A stretch of 22,629 nt of DNA from Dubosiella newyorkensis (GCF_001945605.1 NZ_MPKA01000085.1:1-22629); one strand, 5' to 3'. Positions 1 to 9,215 are shown, counted from the stretch's first letter. The notes: generated by a model not told the origin, from the letters alone. Translations and numbers: made by a program.

Positions 1-64
1 TTTTTGGAAAAGGAATCTCGGTAAATACAAGATCTTCATTATGAGCAGTGGTATTCGTTTCCAT
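1..64 (-). CDS. 5' end of an unidentified gene running off the left edge (METNTTAHNEDLVFTEIPFPK...)
   Basis: Hand translation of the minus strand gives an ATG at 64..62, preceded by AGGAGG (80..75, 10-nt spacer), and the frame stays open to the window edge. Only 21 codons are visible and no family is recognisable. It is too short to appear in the ORF track. Confidence 0.35.
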   Translation of the reverse strand, partial: METNTTAHNEDLVFTEIPFPK

Positions 65-291
65 AGGGTAGCCACCTCCTGTGGTTACTCTACTTTAACT
101 TTCATCAGGCTGCTACCCGCTGTTTTAATTCCCGCTTACGGTTTTTCTGTATGAGTAAACTCTAAAATGATAAAATTTAAGCGGCTTGGATGGTAAAAAA
201 AGGTATATAAAAGCTACGGTCAGATTGTGATTTTTTTTAAATGTATCACTTAATTCCGATCGCTCGTAGTGTTTGGATGGTTGACAGGTCC

Positions 292-303
292 CTTTTGCTC
301 CCC
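292..303. repeat. Left arm of a perfect 12-bp inverted repeat (CTTTTGCTCCCC) just past the transposase stop codon
   Basis: It is the exact reverse complement of 1643..1654. Positions 291/1655 and 304/1642 do not pair, so the repeat is exactly 12 bp. Confidence 0.8.
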
Positions 304-311
304 GGAATAAA

Positions 312-1622
312 TCAATCTTTACGGATCAGATCCGGATTCAGATTCAGATCGTCGAATTCGATCCTGCAGATACGGAGCTTCTTAGGAAGTTCGTCGTTCC
401 TGAGAAAAAATTGAAGAGCTTCATATGGAGTGCGTCCTGACAGCGACTTCCTCGGATAGGAATTGAGATGCGAGCAGATCGTATCCAGATCCTCTTGTTC
501 TCTCAGTCCCAGTTTTGCCAGATCCGCCTTTTTAGGGCAGATGTATCGAAGAATGGTATGGTTCTCTTCGATCTTTCCTTTTTGTCCCGACTGCATCGGA
601 TCGCAGTAGAAGAGGCGGCATCCAAGCTTTTCTATTTCGTCAGCCTTGGTGAATTCCGAGCCTCTGTCGGTGAGAATCACCTGAAAATATTTCTTGAATT
701 CCTCTTCTGAGAGCTGATCACGGATGCGAACGATTCCTTCCAGCATCTGATCCGCTGTTTTTTCTGTGCACAGATGCGCGATCATGAAATTGGAGAATCG
801 TTCCAGGAAAGTCTGGATGAACGGCCCTGTGTGTATATCATTATAGACGGTATCCATTTCCCACACATAAGCTTGAGGATGCTGCTTGATATACTCGCAG
901 AAATCCTTGTAGGTGCGTCCGATCTGATAGGAGCGGTCGACCCTTGGCTTATAGTTTTTCTTTATGGAGGACTGCCTTCGATTGACGGCCCTGCGAGTAG
1001 AGAAACGGTCGATGCCGTAAGGCTTGAGATACCCGTCATTGATCAGATTGTATAGGGTCTTGGCGCAGACTTCGATTTCAGGATGGTTGGAAACGATCGA
1101 CTCGACAGAAAGGCCGTGCTTAAGGAGCGGGGCAATGATGGAGGCGAGCTGATCGAGCTGTCCGGTCGTCATGTTGATACCGGCCCGGGATCCACGGAGC
1201 AGGGAGGAATATTCGTTCTGAGCGGAATCGGGATCGTATTTGTATTGAAACCGGAAGCACTTCTTTTGATCGGGACAGCCGTTGCAGGCAAGCCAGCGGT
1301 CGCGCTGTCTGCAGGGAAAAGGCTGAGGATGATCGCAAGGCTCGAAACACTTGCCGTTCTGTGTTTTTCTGTGAAGAGGACAGGAGCCGTCTTGGATGTG
1401 GATACAATCCTTGATGGCGCAGCGGACGATCGGACCGCCGAGATTTTTAGCAATCTGAAATTTTTTTGGCGGGATGGTCAGACGGTGAAGACGAATCTCC
1501 TTGGCGATGGTGCTGCTGTCTTTGCCCAGAGTGAGGGCGACAGAAGTGCGGGGAGATCTTTCAACGATTCCACGAAGGATGATGGTACGATCATTACGAT
1601 CTAGATGTTTGTTTTTGGCCAT
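312..1622 (-). CDS. IS30-family DDE transposase (436 aa) with an N-terminal HTH and a Cys-rich region
   Basis: This is ORF 312..1679 trimmed to the internal ATG at 1622..1620 (MAKNKHLDRNDRT...), which has a GGAGA RBS 6 nt upstream. The catalytic motifs are WEMDTV, LTDRGSEF and IEENH. I counted 33 residues between the second D and the E, the DD(33)E spacing typical of IS30. The C-terminal ENHTILRYICPKKADL resembles the IS30 N-x3-R-x3-PKG block. About 10 Cys lie between the HTH and the catalytic core. Confidence 0.85.
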   Translation of the reverse strand: MAKNKHLDRNDRTIILRGIVERSPRTSVALTLGKDSSTIAKEIRLHRLTIPPKKFQIAKNLGGPIVRCAIKDCIHIQDGSCPLHRKTQNGKCFEPCDHPQPFPCRQRDRWLACNGCPDQKKCFRFQYKYDPDSAQNEYSSLLRGSRAGINMTTGQLDQLASIIAPLLKHGLSVESIVSNHPEIEVCAKTLYNLINDGYLKPYGIDRFSTRRAVNRRQSSIKKNYKPRVDRSYQIGRTYKDFCEYIKQHPQAYVWEMDTVYNDIHTGPFIQTFLERFSNFMIAHLCTEKTADQMLEGIVRIRDQLSEEEFKKYFQVILTDRGSEFTKADEIEKLGCRLFYCDPMQSGQKGKIEENHTILRYICPKKADLAKLGLREQEDLDTICSHLNSYPRKSLSGRTPYEALQFFLRNDELPKKLRICRIEFDDLNLNPDLIRKD

Positions 1623-1642
1623 AACAGTTCTCCTTTTGAAAG

Positions 1643-1654
1643 GGGGAGCAAAAG
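1643..1654. repeat. Right arm of the 12-bp inverted repeat (GGGGAGCAAAAG), in the transposase 5' UTR
   Basis: It is the exact reverse complement of 292..303 and lies about 20 nt upstream of the transposase start codon on the minus strand. Confidence 0.8.
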
Positions 1655-1711
1655 AAGACGTTCCAAATAAAGGATACACGGAAATAGAAGGAAATGTACG
1701 AGTAAATTCGA

Positions 1712-1764
1712 ATTGGAATTTTTGAATGACTAAATTCCGATTTTGATGGTCTGGATTGGAATTT
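1712..1764. repeat. Three phased copies of an ATYGGAATTT motif at the transposase-proximal IS end
   Basis: ATTGGAATTT occurs at 1712..1721 (+) and 1755..1764 (+). AAATTCCGAT at 1732..1741 is the inverted copy ATCGGAATTT. The copies are about 21-22 bp apart. A fourth copy, AATTCCGAT, lies inverted at the opposite IS end (252..260). Confidence 0.7.
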
Positions 1765-1804
1765 AAGTTTTCAGTTTACAAGGCATCTTTTTTTTTAAAA
1801 AAGC

Positions 1805-1833
1805 TTGACAATTCATCCATAAATGAGTAAAGT
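1805..1833 (+). promoter_or_regulatory. Putative sigma-A promoter of the str operon
   Basis: TTGACA (1805..1810), 17-nt spacer, TAAAGT (1828..1833). A T9A6 tract (1788..1802) directly upstream resembles an UP element. Confidence 0.55.
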
Positions 1834-1944
1834 ACATTCGTACGCGCAACGAGTCCCTTCGGGGACTAAAAAAAGGAACGGTTATGAACCACCCGGATTC
1901 GTGTACTTGTATCTAAAAATAATTAAGTATAGAAGGAGGAACTT

Positions 1945-2358
1945 ATGCCTACAATCAATCAATTGATTCGTAAAGGTCGTAAGGCTAGTCAAAACGTATC
2001 AAAGTCACCAGCTTTGAACCGTGGTTACAACTCTTTGAAATCAAAACCAACAAATTTGTCATCCCCACAAAAACGTGGAGTATGTACTCGTGTTGGTACG
2101 ATGACACCAAAAAAACCAAACTCGGCGCTTCGTAAATATGCCCGTGTTCGTCTTTCGAACGGAATGGAAGTTACTGCTTATATTCCAGGAATCGGACACA
2201 ACTTGCAAGAGCACAGTGTGGTTTTGATCCGTGGTGGTCGTGTCAAAGACTTGCCAGGTGTTCGTTACCACATCATCCGTGGAACGTTGGACTGCGCCGG
2301 AGTAAATGACCGTAAACAATCACGTTCTTTATACGGAACGAAAAAACCTAAAAACTAA
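1945..2358 (+). CDS. rpsL: 30S ribosomal protein S12
   Basis: [13 protein letters not shown]...[10 protein letters not shown]...[14 protein letters not shown] is the hallmark S12 sequence. There is an AGGAGG RBS. Confidence 0.98.
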   Translation: MPTINQLIRKGRKASQNVSKSPALNRGYNSLKSKPTNLSSPQKRGVCTRVGTMTPKKPNSALRKYARVRLSNGMEVTAYIPGIGHNLQEHSVVLIRGGRVKDLPGVRYHIIRGTLDCAGVNDRKQSRSLYGTKKPKN

Positions 2359-2383
2359 TCGATCGTGAAAGGAGAAATAGACC

Positions 2384-2854
2384 ATGCCTAGAAAAGGACA
2401 TATTGCTAAACGTGATGTATTAGTAGACCCTATTTATAACTCTAAGCTGATCACTCGCTTGATCAATAAAATCATGATTGATGGTAAAAGAGGGACTGCT
2501 CAAAATATCTTATACAACGCGTTTGATATTATTGAAGTAAAAACTGGAAAACAACCTATGGAAGTATTTGAGGAAGCATTGGAAAATGTAATGCCTCAAC
2601 TTGAATTGAAAGTACGTCGTGTTGGTGGTGCGAACTATCAAGTGCCTGTAGAAGTCAGCGATGAGCGTCGTTTGACTTTGGGACTTCGCTGGTTGGTCAA
2701 CTATGCACGTCTCAGAAACGAAAAAACAATGGAACAGCGCTTGGCTGCTGAGATCATCGATGCTGCCAACAACGCTGGTGCAAGCGTGAAGAAACGCGAA
2801 TCTGTTCATAAAATGGCAGAAGCGAATAAGGCGTTTGCTCATTACCGCTGGTAA
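2384..2854 (+). CDS. rpsG: 30S ribosomal protein S7
   Basis: [20 protein letters not shown]...[10 protein letters not shown] matches S7. The gene follows rpsL, as expected. Confidence 0.98.
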   Translation: MPRKGHIAKRDVLVDPIYNSKLITRLINKIMIDGKRGTAQNILYNAFDIIEVKTGKQPMEVFEEALENVMPQLELKVRRVGGANYQVPVEVSDERRLTLGLRWLVNYARLRNEKTMEQRLAAEIIDAANNAGASVKKRESVHKMAEANKAFAHYRW

Positions 2855-2871
2855 GAAAGGATGTCGAAAGA

Positions 2872-4950
2872 ATGCCAAGAGAATTCTCATTAAAGGATAC
2901 CCGCAATATCGGGATCATGGCGCATATCGACGCAGGAAAAACAACAACGACAGAACGTATTTTGTACTACACGGGTGTCAATCATAAAATTGGTGAAACA
3001 CACGATGGTGCAAGTACGATGGACTGGATGGCCCAAGAACAAGAACGTGGTATCACGATCACTTCGGCCGCAACGACTTGTCACTGGAAAGGGTGCCGGA
3101 TCAATATCATTGACACTCCAGGCCACGTAGACTTTACCGTTGAGGTTGAACGTTCACTGCGTGTCTTGGATGGTGCAGTCACTGTATTGGATGCGAAAGC
3201 CGGAGTTGAGCCTCAAACAGAAACTGTATGGCGCCAAGCAACGGAATATGGTGTCCCTCGTATCGTGTTCGTCAACAAGATGGATGCGACAGGTGCAGAT
3301 TTTATCATGTCGTGCAACACGATCTTGGAGCGTTTGGGCGCAAAATCTTGCCCGATCCAACTTCCAATCGGTGCCGAGAGCTCGTTCACTGGAATCGTAG
3401 ATATCATTGAACGAAAAGCGGAGATCTATAAAAATGATCTTGGTACTGAAATCGAAGTGACTGAGATCCCAGAAGACATTGTTGATCTTGCGGAAGAATA
3501 TCGCATGAAGCTTCTCGAGTATCTTGCAGATTATGATGAAGATTTCATGATGCAAGTGCTTGAAGGTGAAGAACCTAGCGTTGAAGAAATCAAACGCGTG
3601 CTTCGTATCGCTGTTTGCGCTGGTGACTTCTTCCCTGTTCTTTGCGGATCTGCCTATAAAAACAAAGGTGTCCAAATGGTTTTGGATGCGGTCGTAGATT
3701 ATCTGCCTTCACCTCTTGATATTCCTGCAATCAAAGGAACGACTTTGACGGGCGAACCAGATGAAAGACATGCAAGCGATGAAGAACCATTCTCCGCTTT
3801 GGCCTTTAAGATCGCAACAGACCCATTTGTTGGTAAGCTCTCGTTCTTCCGTGTCTACTCAGGTACGGCAACATCGGGAAGCTATGTTCTCAACTCGAAC
3901 AAAGACAAGAGAGAACGTTTTGGACGTATCGTTCAAATGCACGCCAATGCTCGTAAAGAGATCTCCGAAGTTTACGCAGGAGATATCGCTGCGGCCGTTG
4001 GTTTGAAAAATACGACAACAGGAGATACGCTTTGTGATGAAAAATCACCGATCATCCTCGAGTCGATGGAATTCCCAGAACCAGTGATCGAACTTTCGCT
4101 TGAACCAAAAACAAAGGCTGACCAAGATAAGATGGGTCTTGCCCTTGCAAAACTTGCGGAAGAAGATCCTACATTCAAAACATATACGAATGAAGAAACA
4201 GGACAAACGATCATCGCTGGTGTTGGTGAACTTCACTTGGATATCATCGTTGACCGTCTTCGTCGCGAATTCAAAGTCGAAGCGGTAGTCGGACAACCAC
4301 AAGTTGCTTATCGTGAAACGATCCGCACAGAAGCTGAATGTGAAGGAAAATACATCCGTCAATCTGGTGGACGTGGTCAATATGGACACGTATGGATCAA
4401 GTTCGAGCCAAATGAAGGAAAAGGTTTCGAATTCGTGGATGCGATCGTTGGTGGTTCGGTTCCTCGTGAATATATCAAACCTACGCAAGAAGGCTTGGAA
4501 GCCGCTCTTGAGAACGGTATGATCGCTGGATATCCAGTAATCGATGTGAAGGCGACTTTGTTTGATGGATCTTACCATGATGTCGACTCTTCGGAAATGG
4601 CCTATAAGATCGCGGCCAGCATGGCACTTCGCCAGGCTGCTAAAAAATGTAAGCCAGTTCTTTTGGAACCGATCATGTTTGTTGAAGTCACTGCCCCTCA
4701 AGAATATCTTGGTTCGGTCATGGGTGATGTCTCTAGCCGTCGCGGTCAGATCACAGACCAAGAAGAGCGCGGTAACGCAATCATCGTACGTGCGATGATC
4801 CCTCTTTCTGAAATGTTTGGTTATGTTACAGATCTTCGTGGATTCACACAAGGTCGTGGTAACTATTCTATGAAATTTGATCATTATTCAGAAGTGCCTA
4901 AGAGCATCTCTGAAAAGATCATTAAAGAAAGTGCAACAGCACAAGAATAA
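2872..4950 (+). CDS. fusA: Elongation factor G
   Basis: The 692-aa product has the G-domain motifs [14 protein letters not shown] and NKMD and sits in the conserved str-operon position. Confidence 0.98.
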   Translation: MPREFSLKDTRNIGIMAHIDAGKTTTTERILYYTGVNHKIGETHDGASTMDWMAQEQERGITITSAATTCHWKGCRINIIDTPGHVDFTVEVERSLRVLDGAVTVLDAKAGVEPQTETVWRQATEYGVPRIVFVNKMDATGADFIMSCNTILERLGAKSCPIQLPIGAESSFTGIVDIIERKAEIYKNDLGTEIEVTEIPEDIVDLAEEYRMKLLEYLADYDEDFMMQVLEGEEPSVEEIKRVLRIAVCAGDFFPVLCGSAYKNKGVQMVLDAVVDYLPSPLDIPAIKGTTLTGEPDERHASDEEPFSALAFKIATDPFVGKLSFFRVYSGTATSGSYVLNSNKDKRERFGRIVQMHANARKEISEVYAGDIAAAVGLKNTTTGDTLCDEKSPIILESMEFPEPVIELSLEPKTKADQDKMGLALAKLAEEDPTFKTYTNEETGQTIIAGVGELHLDIIVDRLRREFKVEAVVGQPQVAYRETIRTEAECEGKYIRQSGGRGQYGHVWIKFEPNEGKGFEFVDAIVGGSVPREYIKPTQEGLEAALENGMIAGYPVIDVKATLFDGSYHDVDSSEMAYKIAASMALRQAAKKCKPVLLEPIMFVEVTAPQEYLGSVMGDVSSRRGQITDQEERGNAIIVRAMIPLSEMFGYVTDLRGFTQGRGNYSMKFDHYSEVPKSISEKIIKESATAQE

Positions 4951-4965
4951 TGAAACATAAATAGG

Positions 4966-4994
4966 TTGATTTTAATGACATATTGAATTAAAAT
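4966..4994 (+). promoter_or_regulatory. Possible internal promoter for tuf
   Basis: TTGATT (4966..4971), 17-nt spacer, TAAAAT (4989..4994), within the 90-nt AT-rich fusA-tuf spacer. Confidence 0.35.
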
Positions 4995-5040
4995 TAAACC
5001 GATTATTTATGAATGATTAGCATTTAGGAGGAAAATTTAA

Positions 5041-6225
5041 ATGGCTAAGGAAAAATTTGACAGAAGTAAAACTCACGTTAACATTGGTACGATCGGTCAC
5101 GTTGACCATGGTAAAACTACGTTAACTGCAGCGATTACTAACGTTTTAGCAAAAAAAGGTATGGCTAAAGCAGAAGCTTACGATTCTATCGACGGAGCTC
5201 CAGAAGAAAAAGAACGTGGAATCACGATCAACACAGCACACGTTGAATATCAAACAGAAAATCGTCACTATGCCCATGTAGACTGCCCAGGTCACGCTGA
5301 CTACGTTAAGAACATGATCACAGGTGCAGCCCAAATGGATGGTGCGATCCTTGTAGTAGCAGCATCGGATGGTCCTATGCCTCAAACTCGTGAGCACATC
5401 CTTCTTGCTCGCCAAGTAGGTGTTCCTTACATCGTTGTATTCTTGAACAAATGCGACATGGTTGACGATGAAGAGTTGATCGACCTTGTTGAAATGGAAG
5501 TTCGTGAATTGCTTAACGAATATGGATTCGACGGAGACAACACTCCAATCATCCGTGGTTCTGCTCTTAAGGCTCTTGAAGGAGACCCTAACTATGAAGG
5601 TGCGATCGACGAATTGATGGATGCGGTTGATACTTGGATCCCAGATCCAGAACGTGACATCGACAAACCATTCTTGATGGCTGTCGAAGACGTTATGACG
5701 ATCTCTGGTCGTGGTACTGTCGCAACTGGACGTGTTGAACGTGGAACGGCTCACCTTGGTGACGAAGTTGAAATCGTTGGTATCAAACCAACTCGTAAAT
5801 CGGTATTGACTGGTCTTGAAATGTTCCATAAACAATTGGACGAAGCACAAGCCGGAGACAACATCGGTGCACTTCTTCGTGGTGTCGCACGTGACGAGAT
5901 CCAACGTGGACAAGTCCTTGCAAAACCAGGAAGCGTTAACCCACACACTACATTCAAAGCGCAAGTATACGTATTGAGCAAAGAAGAAGGTGGACGTCAT
6001 ACTCCATTCGTTTCGAACTACCGTCCTCAATTCTACTTCCGTACAACAGACGTTACTGGTGTAATCACTCTTCCTGAAGGAACAGACATGGTTATGCCTG
6101 GTGACAACGTTGAAATGAATGTTGAATTGATCGCTCCAATCGCATTGGAAAACGGAACGAAATTCTCTATTCGTGAAGGCGGACACACTGTAGGTGCCGG
6201 AAACGTTACTGAAATCGTTGGTTAA
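5041..6225 (+). CDS. tuf: Elongation factor Tu
   Basis: The 394-aa product has [17 protein letters not shown] and NKCD. There is an AGGAGG RBS. Confidence 0.99.
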   Translation: MAKEKFDRSKTHVNIGTIGHVDHGKTTLTAAITNVLAKKGMAKAEAYDSIDGAPEEKERGITINTAHVEYQTENRHYAHVDCPGHADYVKNMITGAAQMDGAILVVAASDGPMPQTREHILLARQVGVPYIVVFLNKCDMVDDEELIDLVEMEVRELLNEYGFDGDNTPIIRGSALKALEGDPNYEGAIDELMDAVDTWIPDPERDIDKPFLMAVEDVMTISGRGTVATGRVERGTAHLGDEVEIVGIKPTRKSVLTGLEMFHKQLDEAQAGDNIGALLRGVARDEIQRGQVLAKPGSVNPHTTFKAQVYVLSKEEGGRHTPFVSNYRPQFYFRTTDVTGVITLPEGTDMVMPGDNVEMNVELIAPIALENGTKFSIREGGHTVGAGNVTEIVG

Positions 6226-6240
6226 TTTTTGATCAATTTT

Positions 6241-6269
6241 GAGACAATCGAAAGGTTGTCTCTTTTTTT
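6241..6269 (+). terminator. Intrinsic terminator of the str operon
   Basis: GAGACAATC / GGTTGTCTC forms a 9-bp stem (one G-U pair) with a GAAA tetraloop, followed by T7. Confidence 0.9.
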
Positions 6270-6305
6270 GTGCTTATTTTAATAAATCTAAATAACCTAA
6301 CTTGT

Positions 6306-6334
6306 TTGACAATCCATAATGATTGTGTGAAGAT
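6306..6334 (+). promoter_or_regulatory. Possible promoter of the permease gene
   Basis: TTGACA (6306..6311), 17-nt spacer, then an extended -10-like TGtGAAGAT (6326..6334). The -10 hexamer is weak. Confidence 0.3.
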
Positions 6335-6361
6335 TGTTAAGACATATGAAAGGAGCTAAAA

Positions 6362-7819
6362 ATGGCTAAAGATAATTCATCTACCCAGAAGTCAAACCAA
6401 AAGATCAAATGGTATATGTTGGCCTTCATGGCTTTCTCTACTGTTTGGGGATTTGGAAATGTAACAAACGGATTTGGCTATTTCCATGGAACACAAGTAA
6501 TCTTCTCATGGATCATGATGTTTGCTTTATATTTCGTACCATACGCTTTAATGGTTGGAGAACTGGGTTCTGCATTTAAGAACGCTGGAGGCGGCGTTAC
6601 ATCCTGGGTATTGGAAACGACAAACCCAAAACTCGCATATTACGCGGGATATACATATTGGGTCGTTCATATTCCTTATATCGCATCAAAAGGATCAGGA
6701 GGACTCAAAGCGCTAGCTTGGATGACTCTAAAAAACGATTGGTATGACTCGCTGCCATCTTGGCAAGTCCAACTTGCGACAGGTGTCGTATTCTTGTTCT
6801 TCGCATGGGTCGCATCTAGAGGCTTGAATCCACTAAAAGCGTTGGCAACGGCAGCCGGATCGAGTATGTTCATCATGTCGATCTTGTTTATATTGATGAT
6901 GTTCGCAGCACCGATCATCAATCCAAACGCGACTTATATTCCGCTGGATTGGAGCTGGGACGCATTGATTCCAAAGTTCAATGTTGAATATTTCACCTCG
7001 CTATCGATCCTTGTGTTCGCGGTTGGAGGATGTGAAAAGATTTCTCCTTACGTAAATAAAGTAGAAAATCCAGCGAAAAACTTCCCAAAAGGAATGATTG
7101 CTTTGGCGATCATGGTCATGGTTTGCGCAATCTTAGGAACTGTTGCCTTAGGTATGATGTTCTCGGGTGCAGAAATCACAGGAGAAGCGCAAGCATCCTT
7201 CATTGCCAATGGAGCTTATGAAGCATTCCAACGACTTGGCGAATATTATCATGTTGGGAACTTGTTCGTTATTTTCTATGGAGCCTGCAATGCGGTTGGA
7301 CAGTTCTCGACTTTAGTGCTCAGTATCGACGCTCCATTGCGAATGCTTTTGGATGATGAGTCGGCTCGACAATACGTTCCAAAACAATTGTTGAAGAAAA
7401 ACCAATATGGTGCCTATACAAATGGAATCAAGCTCGTTGTTGTTCTTTCAGGCTCGATCATCGCGATCCAGTTATTAGGAAAAGACGCTTCGGATATCAT
7501 TACTTGGTTGACCCGCTTGAATTCAGTATGTATGCCACTTCGTTATTTATGGGTGTTCTTCGCCTATATCATGCTCCGCAAGCAATCCGCGAAATTCCCA
7601 CGCGATTATCAATTTGTTAAAAACAATAAAGTCGCCTTGTTCTTTGGTGTATGGTGTTTCGTGATCACTGCGACATTCTGTATTTTAGGAATGTATGATT
7701 CACAAGATCCAATGCGTACGGTCTTGAACGCACTTTCACCATTCGTATTCATTTTGTTAGGCATGATCATGCCAATGATCCGCAAAAGACAAGACGAAAA
7801 AGCGGTATCATCGAAATAG
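6362..7819 (+). CDS. APC-superfamily amino-acid permease/transporter (about 12 TM)
   Basis: The 485-aa product is highly hydrophobic, with N-terminal WGFGNV and GELGSAF motifs typical of APC-type amino-acid transporters. Substrate cannot be inferred. It has its own RBS and is flanked by terminators. Confidence 0.75.
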   Translation: MAKDNSSTQKSNQKIKWYMLAFMAFSTVWGFGNVTNGFGYFHGTQVIFSWIMMFALYFVPYALMVGELGSAFKNAGGGVTSWVLETTNPKLAYYAGYTYWVVHIPYIASKGSGGLKALAWMTLKNDWYDSLPSWQVQLATGVVFLFFAWVASRGLNPLKALATAAGSSMFIMSILFILMMFAAPIINPNATYIPLDWSWDALIPKFNVEYFTSLSILVFAVGGCEKISPYVNKVENPAKNFPKGMIALAIMVMVCAILGTVALGMMFSGAEITGEAQASFIANGAYEAFQRLGEYYHVGNLFVIFYGACNAVGQFSTLVLSIDAPLRMLLDDESARQYVPKQLLKKNQYGAYTNGIKLVVVLSGSIIAIQLLGKDASDIITWLTRLNSVCMPLRYLWVFFAYIMLRKQSAKFPRDYQFVKNNKVALFFGVWCFVITATFCILGMYDSQDPMRTVLNALSPFVFILLGMIMPMIRKRQDEKAVSSK

Positions 7820-7827
7820 TGGAAAGA

Positions 7828-7861
7828 GAAAACCTCAAGAGCGAGGTTTTCTTTTTCTTTT
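7828..7861 (+). terminator. Intrinsic terminator after the permease
   Basis: GAAAACCTC / GAGGTTTTC forms a perfect 9-bp stem with a 6-nt loop, followed by TTTTTCTTTT. Confidence 0.85.
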
Positions 7862-7895
7862 GTTTGATGCTACACTACAAGAAGGAGGCAATACT

Positions 7896-9215
7896 ATGAA
7901 TGATTTAGAGATTTCAAAAGAATTATTGGAATTCATACAAGCAAGTCCGAGTATGTTCCATTCGATCCATACTATCAAATCGTATTTAGAAAAAGAAAAC
8001 TATACATATTTACCAGAAGGAAAGCCTTGGAAACTTGAAAAGGGCGGTAAGTATTATTCAACCCGCAACAATTCAAGCATCATCGCGTTTCAGATAGGAA
8101 ATGAATTGAGCGATTACCATTTCCAAATGAGTGCGGCACATTCGGATTCTCCAACGTATAAGATCAAAAGCGCAGCCGAGCTCCTAGGACCTGGCGAATA
8201 TCTAAAATTAAACGTAGAAGCGTATGGCGGAATGATCGACAGCACATGGTTCGATCGACCACTTAGCGTGGCAGGCCGCGTGCTAGTCAAAGAAGATGGC
8301 GCGATCAAAAATAAATTGCTTTACATCGATAAAGATGTTTTGCTGATTCCTAACTTAGCGATCCATATGAATAGAGCAGTGAACGATGGATATGCATTCA
8401 ACCGTTCTGTTGATTTATGCCCTCTCTTTTCAGCCGGAGCTATGCGACCAGGTGAATTTGATCAAATGATCGCTAGAGAATTAGGGGTGCAAAAAGAGGA
8501 CATCCTTGGAAAAGATCTGTTCTTGGTCAATCGTCAAAGTCCAGCGATCTGGGGCTATGAAAACGAGTTCATTTCTTCTCCAAAATTGGATGATTTGCAA
8601 TGTGCTTTTGTGTCGCTAAAAGGCTTTTTAGCCAGCAGCAATCCAAAAGCGATCAATGTTTACTGCTGCTTTGATAATGAAGAAGTTGGCTCGAACACAA
8701 AACAAGGCGCCATGTCTACATTCTTGCAAGATACGCTTCGTCGGATCAACTTCAACTTAGGCTATGATGAAGATGAATATCATCAAGCGATCGCAAGATC
8801 GTTCTTAGTTTCCTGCGATAATGCGCATGCTGTCCATCCAAATAAGAGCGAAGAAACGGATCGGATCAATTGTGCATATATGAATCATGGACTCGTCATC
8901 AAAGAAGCGGCGAACCAAAAGTATACGACAGACGCTTTCTCTCGTTCGATCTTCGTTTCGATTTGTAAGAAAGCTGGCGTCCCTGTGCAATTGTTCGCCA
9001 ACCGTTCAGACAAGGTGGGAGGTTCTACGCTTGGAAATCTATCCAACACGCAAGTCTCGCTCAACGCTGTCGATATCGGATTGCCTCAATTGGCAATGCA
9101 TTCGAGTTATGAAACAGCAGGAAGCAAAGATACAGCCTACGCCTACGAAGCGCTCAAAATGTTCTTCGACTCCAATATTCAAATCGACGAATCCGAACAG
9201 GTAATCATTGGATGA
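7896..9215 (+). CDS. M18-family aminopeptidase (aspartyl-aminopeptidase-like), 439 aa
   Basis: This is ORF 7860..9215 trimmed to the ATG at 7896 (MNDLEISK...), which has an AGGAGG RBS 7 nt upstream. Motifs: AAHSDSPTYKIK, DNEEVGSNTKQGA and LAMHSSYE. Confidence 0.85.
   Translation: MNDLEISKELLEFIQASPSMFHSIHTIKSYLEKENYTYLPEGKPWKLEKGGKYYSTRNNSSIIAFQIGNELSDYHFQMSAAHSDSPTYKIKSAAELLGPGEYLKLNVEAYGGMIDSTWFDRPLSVAGRVLVKEDGAIKNKLLYIDKDVLLIPNLAIHMNRAVNDGYAFNRSVDLCPLFSAGAMRPGEFDQMIARELGVQKEDILGKDLFLVNRQSPAIWGYENEFISSPKLDDLQCAFVSLKGFLASSNPKAINVYCCFDNEEVGSNTKQGAMSTFLQDTLRRINFNLGYDEDEYHQAIARSFLVSCDNAHAVHPNKSEETDRINCAYMNHGLVIKEAANQKYTTDAFSRSIFVSICKKAGVPVQLFANRSDKVGGSTLGNLSNTQVSLNAVDIGLPQLAMHSSYETAGSKDTAYAYEALKMFFDSNIQIDESEQVIIG

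Larger units (their letters stand above)
243..1780 (-). mobile_element. IS30-family insertion sequence, apparently intact; boundaries approximate
   Basis: It holds a single full-length DDE transposase ORF. The candidate ends both start 5'-TGTA (243..246; reverse complement of 1777..1780). They are followed by an imperfect inverted repeat, CTTAATTCCGATC (248..260) versus the reverse complement of 1755..1767, CTTAAATTCCAATC. No clear 2-3 bp target-site duplication was found. Both flanks carry T-run/A-run tracts (231..241 and 1788..1802). Confidence 0.6.

Noticed and set aside
335-352. Short tandem GATTCA/GATC repeat at the 3' end of the transposase gene
   Set aside because: It simply encodes the C-terminal ...DLNLNPDLI... 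peptide. It is too short and imperfect to be a meaningful repeat.
1083-1604. 173-aa plus-strand ORF and the other small ORFs at 468..1725
   Set aside because: They overlap the IS30 transposase gene on the opposite strand or in other frames. The transposase frame explains the region.
1623-1679. N-terminal extension of the transposase ORF (MYPLFGTSSFAPPFKRRTV)
   Set aside because: The internal ATG at 1622 has a proper RBS and yields the typical MAKNKHL... N-terminus. For the same reason I trimmed the ORF-track extensions at 7860, 11695, 14838 and 17316.
231-1802. T8A3 (231..241) and T9A6 (1788..1802) tracts flanking the IS, considered as a long target-site duplication
   Set aside because: They are homopolymeric AT tracts of unequal length and are not adjacent to the best candidate termini. 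IS30-type elements usually make 2-3 bp duplications. They are more likely native AT-rich intergenic or UP-element sequence.
1824-1970. ORF of about 47 codons starting inside the rpsL promoter -10 region and running into rpsL out of frame
   Set aside because: It has no RBS, starts upstream of the predicted transcription start, and overlaps the promoter and leader hairpin.
4045-4884. 279-aa minus-strand ORF, plus the 173-aa ORF at 3154..3675 and the smaller ORFs between them
   Set aside because: They are antisense or out-of-frame shadows inside fusA, with no independent coding evidence.
5146-6186. 346-aa ORF on the minus strand
   Set aside because: It is entirely antisense to tuf. The peptide is low-complexity with no RBS or recognisable family. 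Long stop-free antisense frames are a known by-product of strong codon bias in highly expressed genes.
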